Shown here: positions 8,901-17,900 of the stretch, one piece after another
How the letters are laid out: every line of letters starts with the position of its first letter
Numbering within the stretch: position 1 is the stretch's first letter
Origin: Macrostomum lignano
Lineage: Eukaryota
DNA length: 19,518 nucleotides
Assembly: GCA_002269645.1 (NCBI GenBank)
Contig: NIVC01005233.1
Coordinates: 1 to 19,518 of the forward strand
Direction: 5' to 3'
Program-made: the position numbers and the translations under genes
The notes under the pieces: generated by a model
What the model was told of the DNA's origin: nothing
The model's database searches: none
What the model saw: only the letters and a program-made list of their open reading frames with translations

Positions 8901-11900
8901 TCGCAGGCTGTCAATAACAGAGGGACTCCCTGACAGGCAGTGAGGAGCGCGGTGGGCACAGCGGGTTCAAATTTAATAGTCGCACTGTACGGGATTTGCA
9001 GTGGCTTGAAATTATTTTTTATCACCATCTTCCTTGCGTTCTAGCAGTCCCGGATCCTGAGATCCCGATTGTAGCAATCCCGGATCCTGAGGTCCCGATT
9101 GTAGCAATCCCGGATCCTGAGGTCCCGATTCTAGCAATCCCGGATCCTGAGGTCCCGATTGTAGCAATCCCGGATCCTGAGGTCTCGATTGTAGCAATCC
9201 TGGATCCTGAGGTCCCGATTCTAGCAATCCCGGATCCTGAGATCCCGATTGTAGCAATCCCGGATCCTGAGGTCCCTATTGTAGCAATCCTGGATCCTGA
9301 GGTCCCGATTGTAGCAATCCTGGCTCCTGAGGTCTCGATTGTAGCAATCCTGGATCCTGAGGTCCCGATTCTAGCAATCCCGGATCCTGAGGTCCCGATT
9401 CTAGCAATCCCGGATCCTGAGGTCCCGATTGTAGCAATCCTGGATCCTGAGGTCTCGATTCTAGCAATCGTGGATCCTGAGGTCCCGATTATAGCAGTCC
9501 TGGATCCTGAGGTCCCGATTGTAGCAATCCTGGATCCTGAGGTCCCGATTCTAGCAATCTCGGATCCTGAGGTCCCTATTGTAGCAGTCCTGAATCCTGA
9601 GGTCCCGATTGTAGCAATCCCGGATCCTGAGATCCCGATTCTAGCAATCCCGGATCCTGAGGTCCCTATTGTAGCAGTCCTGGATCCTGAGGTCCCGATT
9701 CTAGCAATCCGGATCCTGAGATCCCGATTGTAGCAATCCGGATCCTGAGGTCCCTATTGTAGCAATCCTGGATCCTGAGGTCCCGATTGTAGCAATCCTG
9801 GCTCCTGAGGTCTCGATTGTAGCAATCCTGGATCCTGAGGTCCCGATTCTAGCAATCCCGGATCCTGAGGTCCCGATTCTAGCAATCCCGGATCCTGAGG
9901 TCCCGATTGTAGCAGTCCTGGATCCTGAGGTCTCGATTGTAGCAATCCTGGATCCTGAGGTCTCGATTCTAGCAATCGTGGATCCTGAGGTCCCGATTAT
10001 AGCAATCCTGGATCCTGAGATCCCGATTGTAGCAGTCCTGGATCCTGAGGTCCCTATTGTAGCAGTCCTGGATCCTGAGGTCCCAATTGTAGCAATCCTG
10101 GATCCTGAGGTCCGATTGTAGCAGTCCTGGATCCTGAGGTCTCGATTGTAGCAATCCTGGATCCTGAGGTCTCGATTCTAGCAATCGTGGATCCTGAGGT
10201 CCCTATTGTAGCAGTCCTGGATCCTGAGGTCCCGATTGTAGCAATCCCGGATCCTGAGGTCCCGATTGTAGCAGTCCTGGATCCTGAGGTCTCGATTGTA
10301 GCAATCCTGGATCCTGAGGTCTCGATTCTAGCAATCGTGGATCCTGAGGTCCCTATTGTAGCAGTCCTGGATCCTGAGGTCCCGATTCTAGCAATCCCGG
10401 ATCCTGAGATCCCGATTGTAGCAATCCCGGATCCTGAGGTCCCTATTGTAGCAGTCCTGGATCCTGAGGTCCCGATTGTAGCAATCCTGGATCCTGAGGT
10501 CCCGATTCTAGCAATCTCGGATCCTGAGGTCCCTATTGTAGCAGTCCTGATCCTGAGGTCCCGATTGTAGCAATCCCGGATCCTGAGATCCCGATTCTAG
10601 CAATCCCGGATCCTGAGGTCCCTATTGTAGCAGTCCTGGATCCTGAGGTCCCGATTCTAGCAATCCCGGATCCTGAGGTCCCGATTGTAGCAATCCTGGA
10701 TCCTGAGGTCCCGATTGTAGCAATCCTGGATCCTGAGGTCTCGATTGTAGCAATCCCGGATCCTGAGGTCCCTATTGTAGCAGTCCTGGATCCTGAGGTC
10801 CCGATTGTAGCAATCCCGGATCCTGAGGTCCCTATTGTAGCAGTCCTGGATCCTGAGGTCCCGATTGTAGCAATCCTGGATCCTGAGGTCTCGATTGTAG
10901 CAATCCTGGATCCTGAGGTCCCGATTCTAGCAATCCCGGATCCTGAGATCCCGATTGTAGCAATCCCGGATCCTGAGATCCCGATTGTAGCAATCCTGGA
11001 TCCTGAGATCCCGATTCTAGCAATCTCGGATCCTGAGGTCCAAAACCCAAAATCTACTTGGATTAAAAAGTGCAAGGTTGGCTCACGAAAATGCAAGTTG
11101 CAAACTAAAAAACAGATGGTACCGTATACTGGCGTGCGAGAAAGTGTCAAACAAGTGGCAGTCTAGCCGGGGGCATTATGCTTGAATATTGGAAAATGCG
11201 GAGTTACTGTTAAAGGTTGGGGCAGAGCTGCCACTGCAGTACTGGGATATTGACTGTCTGTCAGCCCCTACGTCTAGTCTACCTGACTTCATTTGCTCAG
11301 TTGCTCCCAATCTGGAGGCCAATATTGCACCTCCCGCCCACCTTTACATATTGACTTGATTTTATAAGAGTCACGGGCAAAAACCCAGGGGAAAAAGATA
11401 ATTTGGACTGCCAGTCATTGAACGCCCGTCGACAGCTTACTGTAAAACCTGTTGACACAGTTATTGCGCAACAGATTTGGAGGGCCGGACAAACTGGAGA
11501 TCCAATTTAAGGAAGTGTCACGGAAAGACGATACCTACCTGTCTCTCCCCACCCTCCAGCAGAGGTAATTTGCGATCCCAAACTAGCAAAGAGGAAATGA
11601 GGGCAGTGCAGCTCAGGGATCTGTTGATAGCAAGCCCAGTCTGACCCTCCAGCTCCTCGGCATTCGGTTTCGGCTCCCGGTTGGGAAGTTTAATCACGTT
11701 TGTTAATTTGCCTGAGAGTTGCCTGAGGCCTAAATGATGGAGAGAAAATGACTCTGGCCATATATCCCCCCCACACACTCGTCAGAGTTCAGAGGAAATG
11801 GAGTCTGATTGGGGATTTGATCTGCCACCTCTCACAGCCTTCTTGGGGCTGCTCACCAGGGTCTAGACTCTCTCCGATACAGCCCGGGTCCCCATTGAGA

Positions 11901-14900
11901 CTGGAAAGGGGGATGAGGCGGGGGAAGACTTCCCAAATTTGTCCCGTCTTTTTGCATTCGCCAGCCACCTCGCCAGCGCACGCCAGCTACCCCGCGGTCC
12001 CCTGGGAGGCGCAACCGAGACCGTGGCCAGGGTGCGGAGAAGATAATTAAGACCGCTAAATTCTCCGCCCCTCGGTGTAGAAGCCGTTGAAATTTTATTT
12101 TTTCTCTTCAGAGACAGCTTCATCGCGACCGGCATGCAGATTTTTTGTGTATTTTAATTCCCCCCGGCTTGGCTTGGCCGGCCCGAGTACGGATTCACTC
12201 CCGGCCGATGCGGTCCCGGAATTCCAGCTCTTGGCGTGCGTGCAAGACTGGGACTGGGCGCAAATCAAATCGACTCCTCATATGGAGGAAGACAATTTGA
12301 AACGCAGTGAGACAGGGAGGCGCGGGGGCAAGCGTAGGGAAAGGAATAGACGAAATAAAAAATGAAGTGAGAAATGCCTGTTGCAGCGTATGTGAGGCGA
12401 CTCCGCTCATGAGAGCCGGGTCGTTGCGTAATCGCCACATGGGGCCAGCTGGCTAGCGAGTCGCGCGCGAAGCCCCAGTACGGCTCGTGTAGTAGTAAAT
12501 AAAACGGAGGCTGCTTTTTTGAGAGCCGACCCTCCGCTGGGAGGTGTCGAGTGCTAACAAACTCGATAGAACAGACAGACGGACGGCAGCATCCTGAATG
12601 CAAATGAGAGCGCGACAGTCTGCGTGACGCATCGTCGAGATGCAGTATCCGTGTCTCTCCAGAGTAGCGTCCCAGTCGCATGATAGCCACAAATCGTGTA
12701 TTCTTCCCAGTTCTCCCGAGGGAATTCGACAAGACTGGACAATTTCTGATCAGTTTAGTCACAGAGCTCAACTAGCCAGTGGAAAGAATTCGATAAATGA
12801 GTAACGATGTTCAGCTATAAATCTTTTAATCACTAAATGTAATCAATTCGAGCTGTGCTATGCAGTTAAATGCGATTTTTTACTGATCGTATTCAATCTT
12901 AAAGGCACATCCATCATCAATATGATCCAGTTTTGTTACCATTTGTGGATTTTTGCCAACTTAAATCACTCCAATCCCCCCGCCACCATTGCAGCTGAAA
13001 GCCAGGGACAAAGACCTGATCCACGAGCTCGAGTACTCCATCGACGCCAGCTCGCCCGAGGAGTCGCGTCGCCACTTTGACATTCTATCGGATGGCAGCC
13101 TGTCAATCAAGGAGCCGCTAGACTACGAGACCCAGGCCGTTTTCTTTATGCAGGTGAAAGTGTCCGACGGCCGCTTCGAGGACAAGACCGTCGTAGAGGT
13201 GAACGTTGAGGACGCCAACGACAACGCGCCAGAGTACGAGGAGAGCGGTCAGCTGCAGATTCAGGAGGGACGCGAAGCCGGAGAGAGGATAGGCTCCGTA
13301 CGCGTCTTCGACCGGGACTCCGGGACGAGCGGCGAGGTAGAATGCGAGACTCGATCGCAGCACAACAACCGGCTCCTTAGCGTCAAGTTTGCCCAGCTCG
13401 ACTCGCCAAACATGTTCTCCATCCACTCGACCAAGACGTTCGATAGGGAGCGCGACTCGGTTGTCACAGGCACGCTGGTGTGTTGGGACCGCGGGCAGCC
13501 CAGCCTCACCAGCACCTACACCGCTCGAGTTGCTATATTGGACAAGAATGACAACGCGCCACGATTCCTGGGCAAGGACGCTTCCGGAATCATCGAGGCC
13601 CAGCTGATGGAGAACAACCGGCCAGGTGCCATCGTCACCACCTTGAAAGCCGAAGACGCCGACGAGGGAGAGAATGCTCGGCTAGCCTACCGCCTGGTTG
13701 GCAACGGAGATGAGGAATTCTTCGACATCGACAGCGTCACCGGCGAAGTCTCAGCTAGACGAAGCTTCGACCGGGAGAGGAAAGACTCTTACCGGCTTCA
13801 GCTTGAGGTGTCGGACGCCGGCCAGCCGGCCCTCACCGGCACGGCGCAGCTTCGAGTGAGCATCACCGATGAGAACGACAATTCGCCGCAGTTCAAGGGC
13901 GTCACCGCATTCCAGGTGACGGAGAACACCGCGCCGCCAGTTCTGCTGGGAGTTATGACTGCTTCGGATGCTGATGTTGGTAAGCGAGACTGGCGGTGCT
14001 TCTATTTGATGCCTTGATTTAAAGTAAAGTAAGATAGAACATACAAGCGCGCCAATACTGTACGCAGGCACGCACTCATACACACGCTCACACAGGGTGA
14101 ATGGAGACCCTGACTTTCTAATTGACAGACATGTACCCTCTCTGTGCCTTGGTGGTTGGTTGGCCCTATTGACCTATTGGATGTGAATCGCACGACAGCT
14201 CCCCTAGGTCAATTAAGGTCAATCGTGCACAAGCCCCGAATTAATGCGCCTGCGCATGGAATCAAAGCGTGAGATGGTGGCTCGTTGTGGTCCGAGATTC
14301 AGACGTGTTTACGGCTGAAGCCGCTCTGCTTGCAGTTTATATTTGGTTTTTGATTGATTCTCGAGTTCTCTGTCCCAGTTTACTGAAGTTTATAGCAGTT
14401 TCACTGCTTACTCGTATGAGTATTACTTGTGTTACTTACGTCTACCCTCCAACGAAAACGTCCAGGCTTGAACGGCCAGGTGTTTTTCACGCAGCTGTCG
14501 CACGCCCACATGGACCGATTCCGCGTTGACATGAATGGCAGTCTGGTAGTCACAGCCAAGCTGGACCGCGAGGAGATTAGCGAGTACAGCATCCCGGTGC
14601 GCGTGTCCGACAGAGCGGCGGCGCCGCACTCCAAGTCCACCGACCAACTCGTCCTGGTCCGCGTGCTGGACGTCAACGACGAGACACCGCGAATCATACA
14701 GCCAGCAAGCGGCGGCAACTCGACAGGTGGAAACGGCGCGGTTGTCACCATCAGCATCTACACGCACCATCCGGGCGCTTTGGTGCAGAAGGTTCACGCG
14801 GTCGACGGAGACGAAGGTGTCAACGGGCAGATTTCGTACAGCCTCACACAGGACCGCGGCTCGAAGTTTAGCATAGACGCGAATACCGGGGAGATCAAAG

Positions 14901-17900
14901 TTGCCAGAGCGCTGGACGTGTCTGACATGACTCGACACAAGCTGATGGTGCAGGCCTCTGACCGGGACCCTGTGCACCCGCGCTCCGACGCCAAGGTAAA
15001 TTGCGACTGCCCCATTCTGAAGCTGCTGTCCCATTCTGAAGCTGCTGTCCCATTCTGAAGCTGCTGTCCCATTCTGAAGCTGCTGTCCCATTCTGAAGCT
15101 GCTGTCCCATTCTGAAGCTGTTGTCCCATTCTGAAGCTGTTGTCCCATTCTGAAGCTGCTGTCCCATTCTGAAGCTGCTGTCCCATTCTGAAGCTGCTGT
15201 CCCATTCTGAAGCTGTTGTCCCATTCTGAAGCTGTTGTCTCATTCTGAAGCTGCTGTCCCATTCTGAAGCTGCTGTCCCATTCTGAAGCTGTTGTCCCAT
15301 TCTGAAGCTTTTATCTAATGAGACTGCTTATTTTCATGTTAAAATTGTTATAAAGTTACTTTGTTGATTCGCCATTTTCAATATGGCGAATTTTATTTGG
15401 ACGGCGCAAAATGTTCAAATCACGTGACTTCAGCTACTCCCACCCAGCTGAATCATATGTCTATCTGCCAGCACTCAACCCTGGGAGAAGAAAGAGGGAG
15501 AGTCAGTAGGGGGAGGGGGCGGGCCACTCAAGCTCTGATTTATTGACTTTTTTGAGAGGTCTCAACTTCTATTTGCGCCATAGTCCATACTGGATATAAA
15601 AGCGGCGGGGGTAGCGGCTTCGCTGGTGTTTGACAGTGGCATATTTGCTCTCTAACTCGCACTCTGCTGAGCCATGCGCCCAAGCCATTCTAGCGCCACT
15701 AACTTTAACGCCCAGAATCTGTGCGACACCCTGGCTTAGATATTAAATATATCGGCATAGATAATAAAATTGCAGATGGGAAACACCGATGGATGAAGTC
15801 GCACCTTTAGTTGTCTCTCTCGGGCCTGTATAGCTGTGTGTCGGATAGAAAATCATTAATCCAAAATTAACTTCGGGAGTGGATTACGTAATCAGGCTTT
15901 GACTACGGACTCGTGGCGACGGTCAGAGAAGTTTCTGCCCGGGGCCTGGCTAAGCGGAAATGGAAAAAGCTTATGCCATTGTCTCTTGCGACAATGGGCT
16001 GCTAAATGACTTGCTGAGGGTGAACTGTGCAGCTTTATACTAGCGATACAAGCCTGTATTCAATAATGACTTCAAGTTTAACGCTTGAGCTGGCTTACTG
16101 ACAGGGCTCAACTATCAAGACCAAGACCTGGCTGAGGTCGAACAGGTTTGACTTTTTCGTATCAGTCGAAACTCGTTCGACAGCACGGCCAGAAATTAAT
16201 GATGCTCAAAAAATCCGACTCGTAGGAGACCGATGGTTTCGTGACAGAAAAACACAAAACACGCCGCGCTTGAAGGTGACGCATGCTGACTCAGGGTTTC
16301 TTGGAAATGCATCGATGCCGTCAGCTGACTTCATCGTTTCCCGACCTCGCTCTTGTATTCACCGCACCCCTTCCATGCTGCACGGCGGACGCAAGCGAGG
16401 TCGGGACAGCTGAAAGATGAAGCGGCAGCAGGCACTGCTCAGCTGCTCATCCGCACCCTGGCCTCGTGTTTCAACTCCCAACGGCCGAGTTTATCGCTTG
16501 CCAAGATCTCCCCTTTTGGCCGGCCACCTTGTCGCGGCCATCTCTCTGATCAATTCCTGTTGCTGCTTTCACCTCTTCTTCATTCTCTTTTTTCTCTCCA
16601 TCTCCCCTCCTCTCTCTCTCGGTTAAACAGCACAGCGGGGTCGCTCCCATGGGAAATGAGATGGTGGAGAGCGGTGGGAGAAAATGCCCCAAACCTCTCT
16701 CTCTTTTATCCTTGAAGAACTCTGCAGAGGTGGAGTCCCGCAGCTGGGAAATGAAAGGGAAAAGGAAGGATATATGGGGGGGGGGCTGCCACCAGACACT
16801 CCCCTTTCAATCGGCTTTCCTCCTTGTCCAAACGACGGCACTCCCGTATCAGCAAACGCCTCTCTTTAATCATGTCGGACGCGGCGGTGTCGGCAGGGGA
16901 GGGTGGCCGGTCTCTTATGCAACCCAACAATAACTGCCCATCCACCCTGAAGGACTGGCCCCGCATCTCAGCCCTCATCTCTTACCTCCCACTTTCATCT
17001 ACCATCTATCCTCTCGCCTGTCCCATTCTTTTTCATTTTCGACCCCTCGACTTCAATCGTGAATGCAGCCCTCTGTCTAAAGTGGTCGCCAAGCCTTTGT
17101 TGACCAGTTTTTGAGCTGCAGAAGAACTCCGAGAGCCGCTGTGACAGGTGCCATCGGCAGTTCACAGTCTGATTGCCAAAAATCGAATTAGGCAAATTGA
17201 GTCGAAAATGAAAGACAGACAGACACACAGAGAGAGAGAATATCCAAGCAGATTAAGATTGAGAACGAGAGTTGTTCCCTCCTCTTTCATTAAAGTCGTT
17301 ACTCATGGGACGCTTGCGTCACAATGGCTACAGCAGAATTCCTCTTAAGGAATATTAGAATACATAAATTATTAATTAATCGGTGCAAAATCCCAGATTT
17401 CTCTTAGCCAGGCTTGGTCTGTTCAAGCGGCGACCGACCCCGCCTCGCCCTGCTTGCCTCAATTTTCATAAGCCGCGGGCCTGCCCGTCCGCTTGTTTGA
17501 AAAAAAATTGCTCTTTGCCCCCCCAGGGCGGAACATAAGATGCTTTTGCTCAGGCCAATCCGGCTTGCTTGTGAAAGACGATAGATATTTGATCTAAAAG
17601 GCAGTGAAGCTGGCAACCCCGCAGTCAGTAAAGTTCTTTGATTTTTCTAGTTATAATGCTCAAATAAATCCATTGGTCTTGTCTCATTGTCTCGTGCGCG
17701 GGGACACAAGCGCCAACCCCAATTATAAACGGCAGTGACCTTCTTTTGTTTGTTTTTGCTTTGAGGCCAACAAAATAGCTCAGTGAATCTTGAAAATAAT
17801 CGCTTTTTTGTATCCATGGCGCCACAGTGGGGTTTCAGGCCTAAGCCAGAAAAGTTTCAATGGAGTTGCGCGCTTAATCTAGAGACTGGCAATGGAGTTG

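Noticed and set aside
9041-11041. CRISPR-like array (30-bp repeats, partly palindromic)
   Set aside because: Units are head-to-tail with no unique spacers, the context is a eukaryotic intron, and there are no cas genes.
8996-11150. DPEVPIVAIP-type repeat protein ORFs (245, 205, 127 aa)
   Set aside because: A 30-nt unit keeps frames open, frames break at 1-nt indels, the region is intronic, and no supporting splice context was found.
8960-11160. TIRs around the 2-kb array (also sought around the other arrays)
   Set aside because: Only 5-7-nt scattered matches in inconsistent order were found, with no convincing terminal repeats.
14432-15300. Minus-strand ORFs of 276, 168 and 109 aa
   Set aside because: They combine the 19-mer array with antisense of exon 3.
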